IMG/VR virus record: IMGVR_UViG_3300042691_055965
Span: 165,189 to 229,188 of that record
Length of the DNA stretch: 64,000 bases
Strand: one strand, 5' to 3'
Every line of letters begins with the position of its first letter. The first letter of the stretch is position 1. The position numbers were made by a program, and so were the translations under genes. Of the stretch, positions 51,261 to 59,665 are shown in pieces. The notes beneath the pieces were generated by a model. The model had not been told where the DNA came from and ran no database searches. It worked only from the letters and a program-made list of their open reading frames with translations.

Positions 51261-53507
51261 ATGAAAATTATAATCACAGAATCGCAATACAGACAAATAA
51301 TTAAAGAATCAGGTATCAGGGATATTAAAAAAATCGCAGAAAGATACCCTAAAGCAAAAATTTACTTCCATCAAGACTTAGATGGTGTAACTACCGCAAT
51401 TGCAATGAAAAACTATCTTGAACAAAACGGCATCAAAGTAGTTGATGCTGAAGTGATTCAATATGGTGATAAAGAGTTTTCAGTTAAAAAACTTGACGCA
51501 GAAGGTGATGTGATGCCAGTGTTAGTTGACTTTGCACACGGCAAACCAATGTTTGTCATTCATACCGATCACCACGATACACAAGCTGGTGTTGAATCAG
51601 GAACTGCAACAAGTTTCAAGGCATCTAGATCGAATGTTGAAACAATATCCCAAACGATATCACCAAAAGATATTTTTCCATCTGATGACTTACTTCTTAT
51701 ATCTACTGTCGATTCTGCCAATTTCCTTGCACATGATATAACTTTTGACATGGTAATGAATTATATTTTCAAAATGGATAAGGATCAATCACTTCAAAGA
51801 AATAAAATGATGATGGGATTGGTGACAAACAAATTGTTACTTGCATTTAAAAACAAACCAAAATTTTTAGAAACATTGGTTATGAAAAGTAACCCATCTT
51901 TGTTAAGTATTTTAAATAATATTAGAGATATAATGAAGGTGGAAGGTTATGCTGAACCTGAAGAACTAGAACAAAACAAACAGAATTATATTGAAAAAAT
52001 GAAAGAATTCCCTAAAGTACAGGGTAAAGTTATTGTACAGTATGGTGGGGGTTCTATGACAAAACCAGGTTCATATGATAGATATACGCCGTTTAAGAAT
52101 AATCCTGATGCTGACTTCTTGGTAATTGCTTGGCCGACAGGAATTGTTCAAGCTTCTTGTAATGCATATAAAGGTGAACGTTCACTTAAAGGTGTTAATC
52201 TTGGTGAAATGAAAGATGAGGTTCTTAAAAAGTTTGAACCGGAATTAAGTAAATTAAAAATAAGTTTTGGTACATTAAAAAGAGTTTCTGAATCAAAGGC
52301 TGGTGAGGGTTCCGTTGGTTTTACTCTCAAAGATTTTTTAGCGATATATGGAAATGCACCATCATTGAAGATTGAAGGAAATAAAGAAGATACATTAAGT
52401 GAAATAAATAAACTTTCAGATAAGTTATATTCCACTTTAACTTTCGAAGAAAAAATGAATTTGGAAAAAGCCAGTGTTAATGGTATGGATGTCGTGAAAG
52501 CAAATTCAGGTGGACATAAATGTATTACAAACATTTCTGGTTTAAGTTATCTTTACACAAACATTAGAAGGTATAAAGATGACGAATTAAAGATGATACA
52601 AAAATATGGTGGATCAAACAATTTTGTTTTGGACATCCAAAGAAAGTTGAAGTCGATGAAAAAAAATCAAGAACTTACTGAAAAGCAAAAAACTGCAGCA
52701 GTAAACCAAATCAAAAAAGAAATAGAATCAGGAAGGTATAACCCAGACATAGACAATAAGGTAACATCATATGTAGATATGATTAAGAAAATTCAACAAG
52801 AGTTTGTAAAAGTACTTGAAAGTTATATAGAAAAAGAATCCATCAACGAAAATGTCGTTGAAAAAAAAAAGTACTATATAGACGATAGTGACATTAAAGG
52901 TGCGGGAAAAGGGGTATTTGCAAAAACAAATATCAAAAAAGGTGAACGTATCGGATTGCTTCACACAATAAAAAAAATGGGTGTCAATTATGATTTTACT
53001 GAATTGGGTAAAATGCATAATCATAGTGGTAAACCCACTTGTCATAATGAAAAAGTTGGAAATAAAAGATACTTAGTCGCATCCAAAGATTTAAAAAAAG
53101 GTGAAGAACTGACAACCAATTACAGATTACAACCAGATTTGGAACAACCAAAAGAAGGTTGGGGTAATTTGAAAGAAGAAAAAGAATTTAAACCACACAT
53201 AGATGGTTACCGTACATATTCACCATTCAAAGATTTGCCATACATAATAGTCAAAGGGAATGGTATTGACTGTGATAATATTGTTCATGACTTGGTTTTA
53301 GTAGGTGACAATAAAAAGGTTAAATACTGTAAAAAAAACACTGGAGTTTATAAAATTACAGGAGCAAGTAAAATTGTAGAATTACCTGTTGATAAAACTG
53401 AAGATGTTGAAGAAATATTTAAAAGTCCTGAAAATGTGGAACTGTGGGTTAAAGAAAAAATTAAATCAGTGGATAAAAAAGGGGAAATTAGAAGAATGAT
53501 GAATTAA
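51261..53507 (+). CDS. leader + DHH-family phosphoesterase + SET domain + unknown C-terminal domain
   Basis: HQDLDG, VD, DHH, GGH; then S.IKGAGKGVFA..IKKGE, NHS, A.KDLKKGEELT.NY. Confidence 0.8.
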   Translation: MKIIITESQYRQIIKESGIRDIKKIAERYPKAKIYFHQDLDGVTTAIAMKNYLEQNGIKVVDAEVIQYGDKEFSVKKLDAEGDVMPVLVDFAHGKPMFVIHTDHHDTQAGVESGTATSFKASRSNVETISQTISPKDIFPSDDLLLISTVDSANFLAHDITFDMVMNYIFKMDKDQSLQRNKMMMGLVTNKLLLAFKNKPKFLETLVMKSNPSLLSILNNIRDIMKVEGYAEPEELEQNKQNYIEKMKEFPKVQGKVIVQYGGGSMTKPGSYDRYTPFKNNPDADFLVIAWPTGIVQASCNAYKGERSLKGVNLGEMKDEVLKKFEPELSKLKISFGTLKRVSESKAGEGSVGFTLKDFLAIYGNAPSLKIEGNKEDTLSEINKLSDKLYSTLTFEEKMNLEKASVNGMDVVKANSGGHKCITNISGLSYLYTNIRRYKDDELKMIQKYGGSNNFVLDIQRKLKSMKKNQELTEKQKTAAVNQIKKEIESGRYNPDIDNKVTSYVDMIKKIQQEFVKVLESYIEKESINENVVEKKKYYIDDSDIKGAGKGVFAKTNIKKGERIGLLHTIKKMGVNYDFTELGKMHNHSGKPTCHNEKVGNKRYLVASKDLKKGEELTTNYRLQPDLEQPKEGWGNLKEEKEFKPHIDGYRTYSPFKDLPYIIVKGNGIDCDNIVHDLVLVGDNKKVKYCKKNTGVYKITGASKIVELPVDKTEDVEEIFKSPENVELWVKEKIKSVDKKGEIRRMMN

Positions 53508-53511
53508 TCGT

Positions 53512-53540
53512 TTGACTAATTATCATTTTTGATTTATAAT
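53512..53540 (+). promoter_or_regulatory. canonical sigma-70 promoter
   Basis: TTGACT-17-TATAAT. Confidence 0.65.
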
Positions 53541-53575
53541 TACAAAAGAATTTAATCACATTAAAAAGTATTTAT

Positions 53576-53722
53576 ATGACAGAAACAACAAAAGAAGTTG
53601 AAAACGTTATTTACTCTTATGTAAATGACAGAAACGAAAAAGTATACACACCTAACTTGGAATTTGCCCACATTATGGCAAAAAAGTATGGTACTGATGA
53701 TGTCTTCGTCGAAAAAAATTAA
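53576..53722 (+). CDS. small hypothetical protein (48 aa, not in ORF track)
   Basis: MTETTKEVENVIYSYVNDRNEKVYTPNLEFAHIMAKKYGTDDVFVEKN. Confidence 0.5.
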   Translation: MTETTKEVENVIYSYVNDRNEKVYTPNLEFAHIMAKKYGTDDVFVEKN

Positions 53723-53734
53723 AAAAATTTTACA

Positions 53735-53877
53735 AGGTACTTGTCAAATCAAAATAAAAGACTTAACTTTGTAAAAGATTTGAAACTAAAGGTGATGAAA
53801 GATACTCGTTGTCGAATCGAAAAAAAAAGTTCACAAAGTACTTGACAAATAGAAATAAAAGTCGTAACTTTGTAAAA
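53735..53877 (+). promoter_or_regulatory. tandem promoters P1/P2, 101 bp apart
   Basis: TTGTCA-17-TAACTTTG (53741/53764) and TTGACA-17-TAACTTTG (53842/53865); near-identical 42-bp repeats. Confidence 0.8.
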
Positions 53878-53881
53878 CAAA

Positions 53882-53912
53882 TTCGGAAACGTCCGAAATC
53901 GTTCTTTGAAAA
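53882..53912 (+). promoter_or_regulatory. boxB-like hairpin + boxA-like antitermination element
   Basis: ttcgga-aacg-tccgaa followed by GTTCTTTGAAAA, resembling rrn leader boxA. Confidence 0.6.
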
Positions 53913-53914
53913 TT

Positions 53915-54770
53915 GAATTATCCGTTCAGGAGTAAGTAATGAAACTGATAAAGATATTCGGCGGTGTATAGTCGTTAAATAAACCACGAAAGTGGGATAA
54001 AGTGAATCAGAAGTGTAACTGATTTGCGGTTTGGGTAACCGAACTTGAGTACACAAGCGGGATACCGTATAACCTTTAGTACCGAGGGCAACGCTGTAGG
54101 GAAAGTGGTTAGACGATTGGGCGATGTGGGTCGTTCGATTGAGGTGGGAACATCAATAGGAAGAACCCGTAGGAATATTGCAAAAAATAAGATTATCCAA
54201 TTTTATTATTGCGTTTTCCAATATGATAGGATACTTAAAACCGAAAGGTATGATAACAAACAGGTGGTGCTGACATTATCCTTGATAAACTCCTACCAAG
54301 GGGTTAATCACGAAGTAGTCTTGAAATATGGAAATGGGGACATTTCACGGAGTAGTTGAGTATCGATTCGTTCAAAAGATGGGTTGGCTCGGGTGGCGGA
54401 CCACTACTTCGAAAATCCACGACACAATACTTATGATTTAAAAAGTTGAATCAAATTAACTAAGAAAGCTATAAGGAAAAGTGTCCGTCAGGTTTGGATG
54501 AAAGGTGACTACATAGTAATGAGCTGTTCATTGCACACAGAGATCCCAAGTCAATGTGTAATTATCCGAAAAACCTTTAGTCCCGCAAGGACGAACTGGG
54601 GAGGCATCCTCGGAAAGAGTCAAGTAAGATGAGAGTAATTCAAACCTCAAGGAGTGGTTTACCTAAATAACCGTCATTGAGTTTTACTTTCCAAAAGAAA
54701 GTGGATACGAAGGGAAACAATAATACTTCTAAAGAAACTCACAAAAAACTGTAATCTCAGGTTTTTATTT
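53915..54770 (+). ncRNA. large structured ncRNA (about 850 nt; GOLLD/ROOL-class candidate)
   Basis: No credible ORF, GC above background, GNRA-capped and GU-rich stems, own promoters and terminator; ends approximate. Confidence 0.7.
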
Positions 54771-54800
54771 TAGGTTAAAAATCTTATAAGGAATTTATTG

Positions 54801-54834
54801 GGGAAACAACAAATAGTTGCTTCCCTTTTTTTTT
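54801..54834 (+). terminator. intrinsic terminator of the ncRNA unit
   Basis: gggaaacaac-aaata-gttgcttccc + T9. Confidence 0.75.
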
Positions 54835-54867
54835 ACCATAGAGGTATAAATTTTGAAAAAAATTATT

Positions 54868-55161
54868 ATGGAAATGTTATATTTTTCATTCGGGTTTCTT
54901 ACCGTAATTGCTTTGATATTCATCTGTGTTTTCATCGTGGGAATTATCAAAATCTTTAGACTTAAAAAGGAAGTTGATAATCAAAAAGAAACTTTAAGAC
55001 ATGAATTTGAATGGTTTAGTCGTTCATTACACGAAAAAGAACGTGATTGGAGGGAATCGTTGGATAGTGTTCACCGAAATATAGATAGGATAACACAAGA
55101 AACAATCAATTATATTGATAAAAAAATCGAAAAAACAAATAAACAAAAAAAAGAAAAATGA
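54868..55161 (+). CDS. N-terminal TM + coiled-coil protein
   Basis: Hydrophobic N-terminus. Confidence 0.6.
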   Translation: MEMLYFSFGFLTVIALIFICVFIVGIIKIFRLKKEVDNQKETLRHEFEWFSRSLHEKERDWRESLDSVHRNIDRITQETINYIDKKIEKTNKQKKEK

Positions 55162-55165
55162 TATT

Positions 55166-55192
55166 AATCCCATCATCTGATGGGATTTTTTT
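55166..55192 (+). terminator. intrinsic terminator
   Basis: aatcccatca / tgatgggatt + T run. Confidence 0.7.
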
Positions 55193-55253
55193 GTAGATTG
55201 ATATATTTATAATTAAATAACAAATAAATAAACAAAAAAATTGAAAAAAAGTT

Positions 55254-55733
55254 ATGAAAAGAATTGTTAGATTAACAGAATCAGATCTTGCAAGAATAGT
55301 CAAAAGAGTTATTAATGAAGGTAGCGAAAAAGCGGTATTGGATGCGGGTTGGAACAGGGACGCAACAAAAATGGCAGTTGCATTCGGTACTCCCACGGCA
55401 TCTGATGGGGGTGTATCATCTGGAATCCAAGGTGTAAAAGTAGTGTTTGATGGGCTTATTTATAATGCATCCAATAAAGTAACATATGAAGGAAAAATGG
55501 CGTTCTATGGTCGTTGTGACAAAAATGGTAACCCTGGTGCTATGTCAGGTGTTGATTTGAATGATGTACTGAGTGGAGGTTCATATTATCTTTTCGGTTA
55601 TGGTGGAAAAGTTGACACCGTTGCTAGAAATTGGTGTAAAACAAAGACAGGTGTTAAACCAACAGGTTATGTAGATTCCGATTTTGTTAGTATGGCAAAA
55701 GAAGATATGGCTAAAGGACTTAAAAGATCTTAA
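55254..55733 (+). CDS. leader-bearing protein (candidate capsid cargo)
   Basis: MKRIVRLTESDLARIVKRVINE. Confidence 0.7.
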   Translation: MKRIVRLTESDLARIVKRVINEGSEKAVLDAGWNRDATKMAVAFGTPTASDGGVSSGIQGVKVVFDGLIYNASNKVTYEGKMAFYGRCDKNGNPGAMSGVDLNDVLSGGSYYLFGYGGKVDTVARNWCKTKTGVKPTGYVDSDFVSMAKEDMAKGLKRS

Positions 55734-55749
55734 AAACAAAACAAAATGA

Positions 55750-55777
55750 AAAAAATCCCCTACTTGGGGATTTTTTT
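55750..55777. terminator. bidirectional terminator
   Basis: aaaaaatcccc-tactt-ggggatttttt between convergent genes. Confidence 0.75.
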
Positions 55778-55780
55778 ATT

Positions 55781-56206
55781 TTAAAAGAATGCTACTTTAG
55801 TAGTATTACCACTTTTATATTTAAAAACCAAATCACTCTTGAATTTAGTGTTAAGACTGATTAAACAAGTGACGTTTCCAAAATCCTCAGTATTGATGTC
55901 AAATTTAACATAATCATCTGTTGTAACTAAATTATTTATTACTGAAACTTTTTTAATTCCTTCATTTTCACCGACATATCTGTGAACGAAAGTTTTATTA
56001 TCCAAATCAATTTCGTAATGATTAAATCCTTCAGTCCAAACGGTATTTTGGGAATTTGGACCATTCTGTAATAAAGTTGATAAACTAGTTTTGGAATTGG
56101 AATAGTCCATTTTGTAAAAACCAAACCCAACAAAATTGAATTGTGTTTGACAAAAAGAAATAAAAGACACGAACAAAAAAGAAAGATTCAAAAAAATAGT
56201 TTTCAT
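55781..56206 (-). CDS. secreted protein with Bacteroidota-type signal peptide
   Basis: MKTIFLNLSFLFVSFISFC-Q; minus-strand TATCTTTG at 56244-56251. Confidence 0.65.
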   Translation of the reverse strand: MKTIFLNLSFLFVSFISFCQTQFNFVGFGFYKMDYSNSKTSLSTLLQNGPNSQNTVWTEGFNHYEIDLDNKTFVHRYVGENEGIKKVSVINNLVTTDDYVKFDINTEDFGNVTCLISLNTKFKSDLVFKYKSGNTTKVAFF

Positions 56207-56332
56207 GTTTTCAGTTTTAAATGATTAATAAAATATTACAATACAAAGATATATTAATTTTTCACATAAACAAAAAAAAATTAATTTTTTATTTCATTTT
56301 GCCAAATCAAATATTTTTTCTAAATTTGTTTT

Positions 56333-56722
56333 ATGGAACACGTAAAGAAATTTGGTAAATCAATTGCAGATAAACAGGTAAAGTTTGCTAAAAAATATTT
56401 CAAAAAAACTACCTTACTTTTTGATAAAAAAATCCCATATTACAATGAATTGAATAATAGTGTTTTGAAAATCAAAAACATTAGAAAGTATAGGCACAGT
56501 TGGGGTGCTGAATATGGTTATGTTTATGAAATTGACTTGATTGTTGATTTAAGTAACAATGAATATAGCTATTCATTTACTAATGAAAAGGCGAACAGAA
56601 GAAAAAGAAGATACAATTCTTGGTATAGAGATAAGTTTCAAGACAGACTTATGGAAGAATTGAAATATTTCGAAATAACAAATATAGTAGTATCAAAAAT
56701 AGAGTACAAAAAAATTGATTAA
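56333..56722 (+). CDS. hypothetical basic protein
   Basis: TAAATTTG promoter at 56321. Confidence 0.6.
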   Translation: MEHVKKFGKSIADKQVKFAKKYFKKTTLLFDKKIPYYNELNNSVLKIKNIRKYRHSWGAEYGYVYEIDLIVDLSNNEYSYSFTNEKANRRKRRYNSWYRDKFQDRLMEELKYFEITNIVVSKIEYKKID

Positions 56723-56749
56723 TTGAAAAAAGTTTTATAATTTTACAAC

Positions 56750-57016
56750 ATGGCACAAGTAAAACAAGTAACAGTAATACATCCTAAGTTTGGGGAAATA
56801 TTGAATGAATCTTTTTTGGATGAAGTTCAGTTCAAAATCTTTCTTACAATGTTACATAGTTCATTGGAAATGAATCAGAAGTTGACATCATTCAATGGTA
56901 AAGACTTTTTGATTCATATACCAAACGACATATTAAAAGAATGTTTAATTATCGGAAACACAAAGGAGGTCTCTATGGCTGAAGTAGTATCGGCAAAATC
57001 TAAAATAGAGTCCTAA
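56750..57016 (+). CDS. hypothetical protein
   Basis: 88-aa ORF. Confidence 0.6.
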   Translation: MAQVKQVTVIHPKFGEILNESFLDEVQFKIFLTMLHSSLEMNQKLTSFNGKDFLIHIPNDILKECLIIGNTKEVSMAEVVSAKSKIES

Positions 57017-57080
57017 CAGTTTCTTTGTTTATCTTCAAAACAAAGTGGTGGAAGTTAGATTCACATTCCGTGAACGACCC

Positions 57081-57113
57081 AAAAAAGGTGAGTGTAGTTG
57101 CTCACCTTTTTTT
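57081..57113 (+). terminator. intrinsic terminator
   Basis: aaaaaaggtgag-tgtagttg-ctcacctttttt. Confidence 0.8.
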
Positions 57114-57134
57114 GTTTTAAAGGTATTTATGTAT

Positions 57135-57689
57135 ATGAAAACATTAATATCCGAAAATATGAATTACCATTTGGATAATGGTATTCCACTAACTGAAAAC
57201 GTATTCAGACCTTTTTCGCCTGAATTTTTTAACTTGATTAATGAGGCAAGAACATTATATAATAAAGGTTTAATTGATGTTGACAATGAAGAAAAGTGGA
57301 TTGTGGAATCTGACTTTGGAAAAAAAATAAGATTGTCAAATGGTAAAGTTGTAAGACTTGAAGTACCCATTTTGGAAAATAGTATTAACGAAGCAGAATA
57401 CAAAGGAAGAAAAGTTCAACTTGGTAGACCGATGCGAAACACTGGTGGAGGAAAAAAATATGTGGTTTATGTTATGAACCCATCAACAAGAAAAGTTAAG
57501 AAAATAAGTTTTGGTGATGTTCACGGTGGATTAACTGCGAAAGTTTCTAACCCCAAAGCAAGAAAGGCATTTGCTTCAAGACACAACTGTAAAGCAAAAA
57601 AAGATAGAATGACTGCTGGTTATTGGGCGTGTAGAATAAATAGGTATGGACATCTTTGGGGTGGTAAAACATACGGTGGATATTGGTGA
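57135..57689 (+). CDS. two-domain protein with basic C-terminal domain (KKISFGD..ARKAFASRHNC..AGYWAC)
   Basis: Start re-assigned downstream of the terminator and TATTTATG; internal SINE-A junction. Confidence 0.65.
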   Translation: MKTLISENMNYHLDNGIPLTENVFRPFSPEFFNLINEARTLYNKGLIDVDNEEKWIVESDFGKKIRLSNGKVVRLEVPILENSINEAEYKGRKVQLGRPMRNTGGGKKYVVYVMNPSTRKVKKISFGDVHGGLTAKVSNPKARKAFASRHNCKAKKDRMTAGYWACRINRYGHLWGGKTYGGYW

Positions 57690-58249
57690 TGAAAATTATA
57701 CTTACAGAAAAACAATTGAAAGAAATGAAAGAAGATCTTCATTCTGAAAAAAAAATAAAACTTGTCAATAAGTTTTATCAGCAAGGGTTTTCATATCAAG
57801 AAATTTCAAATTATACATCTTTACCGTTGGGGGAAGTTGTGACTCTTTTAAAGGATTACGATATGGAAATCGATTGTAAAATGGCGTATGATTTAATCAC
57901 CACCCTTTATGATAAAACAGATTTATTTCGCAAAGTAGTTCGTACAGAAAATTACACACTTGAGTTTTTTTTCAGTAAAATGGAAGGAGCAATTGAATAT
58001 AGTTACGAAACTGAAAAATATGGATTATACGGTTATGGAACACCGTATTGGAATCAAGAATGTTACCTCCCTATCGAAAATGTTGAAATTACTGATAATG
58101 TCAACGGTGAGACTGAAGACTATGAACCATATTCTAAAATAGATTTACCAAATAGATTTGATACCTTATCTGAATTACTTGATTGGTTTAATAACGATTA
58201 TTTTAAAATAATGAAAAAAACCCTTGAACAGTTTTCAAAAGATTATTAA
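57689..58249 (+). CDS. leader-bearing protein
   Basis: MKIILTEKQLKEMKE. Confidence 0.65.
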   Translation: MKIILTEKQLKEMKEDLHSEKKIKLVNKFYQQGFSYQEISNYTSLPLGEVVTLLKDYDMEIDCKMAYDLITTLYDKTDLFRKVVRTENYTLEFFFSKMEGAIEYSYETEKYGLYGYGTPYWNQECYLPIENVEITDNVNGETEDYEPYSKIDLPNRFDTLSELLDWFNNDYFKIMKKTLEQFSKDY

Positions 58250-58251
58250 CA

Positions 58252-58527
58252 ATGAAAAAACATTTACCCTTCAAACAAAAAAATATTGACGAAAAAAAAA
58301 TTAGAACGTTCGATGAAAATATCGATCCGATTGAATTGAAATGGCACAGGGATAAAGAAGATAGAAAAGTTAAAATAATTGAGTCAACAAATTGGAAATT
58401 CCAAATGGATAATGAATTACCAAAATTATTGAAAAAAGGTGATACATTAGTCATTCCAAAAGAAACATTCCATCGTGTAATCAAAGGTGATGGTAATTTG
58501 GTAATTGAGGTTGAATTTATTGATTGA
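58252..58527 (+). CDS. cupin-like protein
   Basis: WHRD..E, GD.LVIPK..FHRVIKG. Confidence 0.6.
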   Translation: MKKHLPFKQKNIDEKKIRTFDENIDPIELKWHRDKEDRKVKIIESTNWKFQMDNELPKLLKKGDTLVIPKETFHRVIKGDGNLVIEVEFID

Positions 58528-58545
58528 ATTGATATTTATAATATT

Positions 58546-59013
58546 ATGCATAGAAGTTTTATAATTAGTGAAGAAGAAAAGAAAAGAATTTTGATTCAAC
58601 ATCAAAACGCAACTAGTTCGTTATATTTGAATTTGAAAGAAGGAACAGAAACGATTTCTTTAGATGATATGCAAAAGTTCCTTAATGATACAAAAGAAGA
58701 AATACTTCAAACATTTGATTCATTGGATTCAAATAATTTGCAAACAGAAAAACTTAATTTGAAAAAAAAGATAGAATCAATTTTGAATCAAATAAAATTT
58801 GTTAATGGTGCAAAAATCGATCAACAAAAATTAAACAATATTGTAAAAGATACTGAAAGGTTAAAATTGCTTTTAGATAAATTGGATTTAAAAAACATAA
58901 AACAAATCAAAACGGAATTTCAAACCTCATTTTCATCATTATATGCATTAATTGCTGATGAAATTAAAAAGGCAAACCTCAAAGGAAAAATGATAACACA
59001 ACAAACATCATAA
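58546..59013 (+). CDS. leader-bearing helical protein
   Basis: FIISEEEKKRILIQH..YLNLKE. Confidence 0.65.
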   Translation: MHRSFIISEEEKKRILIQHQNATSSLYLNLKEGTETISLDDMQKFLNDTKEEILQTFDSLDSNNLQTEKLNLKKKIESILNQIKFVNGAKIDQQKLNNIVKDTERLKLLLDKLDLKNIKQIKTEFQTSFSSLYALIADEIKKANLKGKMITQQTS

Positions 59014-59015
59014 AA

Positions 59016-59315
59016 ATGGGAAAAATTATTATAACAGAAAAACAATTAGAAAATGTCATAAGAACAATCAAGGAAGAACATAAAGAAGGTTCATACATGG
59101 CAAAGCAACAACTTTTCACAATAGCAACACTTGCTTACAAAATGTGGGAAATGTTGGAAGATGAAGAAACTTTGGAAGATTGGATGGAAACAAAAATTGC
59201 ACAATCAGAACAATCCATTTCATCAGTTGTTAAGTCCTTTATGTATGATGAAGCAGAAGAAAGGATGAAAGGAAACAACCAAATAGATTTAGACGATTTG
59301 GTAATTGGAAAATAA
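59016..59315 (+). CDS. leader-bearing protein
   Basis: MGKIIITEKQLENVIRTIKEE; MAKQQL..LEDWMETKI. Confidence 0.65.
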   Translation: MGKIIITEKQLENVIRTIKEEHKEGSYMAKQQLFTIATLAYKMWEMLEDEETLEDWMETKIAQSEQSISSVVKSFMYDEAEERMKGNNQIDLDDLVIGK

Positions 59316-59319
59316 TTTG

Positions 59320-59346
59320 AACCCTCTTGATTGACAAGGGGGTTTT
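59320..59346 (+). terminator. intrinsic terminator overlapping a TTGACA promoter
   Basis: aaccctcttg-attga-caagggggtt + T run. Confidence 0.6.
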
Positions 59347-59364
59347 TATTTTTATATTTATTTT

Positions 59365-59544
59365 ATGTACGTAATAATCAAACACCTCAGATCGGCATCA
59401 GGAAATAAAAAAGTTCCTGTTATTTTATTAAACACAGAAAGTGAAATTTGGGAATTCAATTCTTTTGAAGAAGCAGAAAAAATGAAAGACATATTCCAAA
59501 CCAATTCAGATTCTGGATATACTTACGAAGTAAAAAAAATATAA
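59365..59544 (+). CDS. small hypothetical protein (59 aa, not in ORF track)
   Basis: MYVIIKH...EIWEFNSFEEAEKMKDIFQ. Confidence 0.55.
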   Translation: MYVIIKHLRSASGNKKVPVILLNTESEIWEFNSFEEAEKMKDIFQTNSDSGYTYEVKKI

Positions 59545-59665
59545 TTATGGAAGATTTATTTGAAATGATGCATAATGAATTCATTAATTCAGAATTATTT
59601 GAACAATTTATGTTCGAACAATCACAACATCAGTGTTAATCGAAAAGTGATATATTTATAAGGAT

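Noticed and set aside
24637-53045. Numerous 60-155 aa minus-strand ORFs nested in long plus-strand genes
   Set aside because: Antisense shadows of Lys/Glu-rich genes (Phe/Ser/Leu-rich), with no independent signals
53763-54359. ORFs 53763-54056 (-) and 54045-54359 (+)
   Set aside because: Atypical composition, no recognisable motifs, and they overlap the promoters and structured RNA; likely chance ORFs in GC-richer sequence
53915-54770. Group I/II intron, rRNA or tRNA cluster
   Set aside because: No interrupted host gene, no maturase or homing ORF, and no recognisable rRNA signature or complete cloverleaf by eye; a covariance-model search is still needed
57020-57080. SAM-I riboswitch (ttatc...gtggtgga resemblance)
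   Set aside because: Lacks the rest of the core (GCAACC, P3/P4) and lies 3' of a gene
57045-57134. N-terminal extensions of ORFs 57045, 62444, 29905 and 25839
   Set aside because: They run through terminators, promoters or upstream genes; downstream ATGs (57135, 62492, 29962, 25929) fit better
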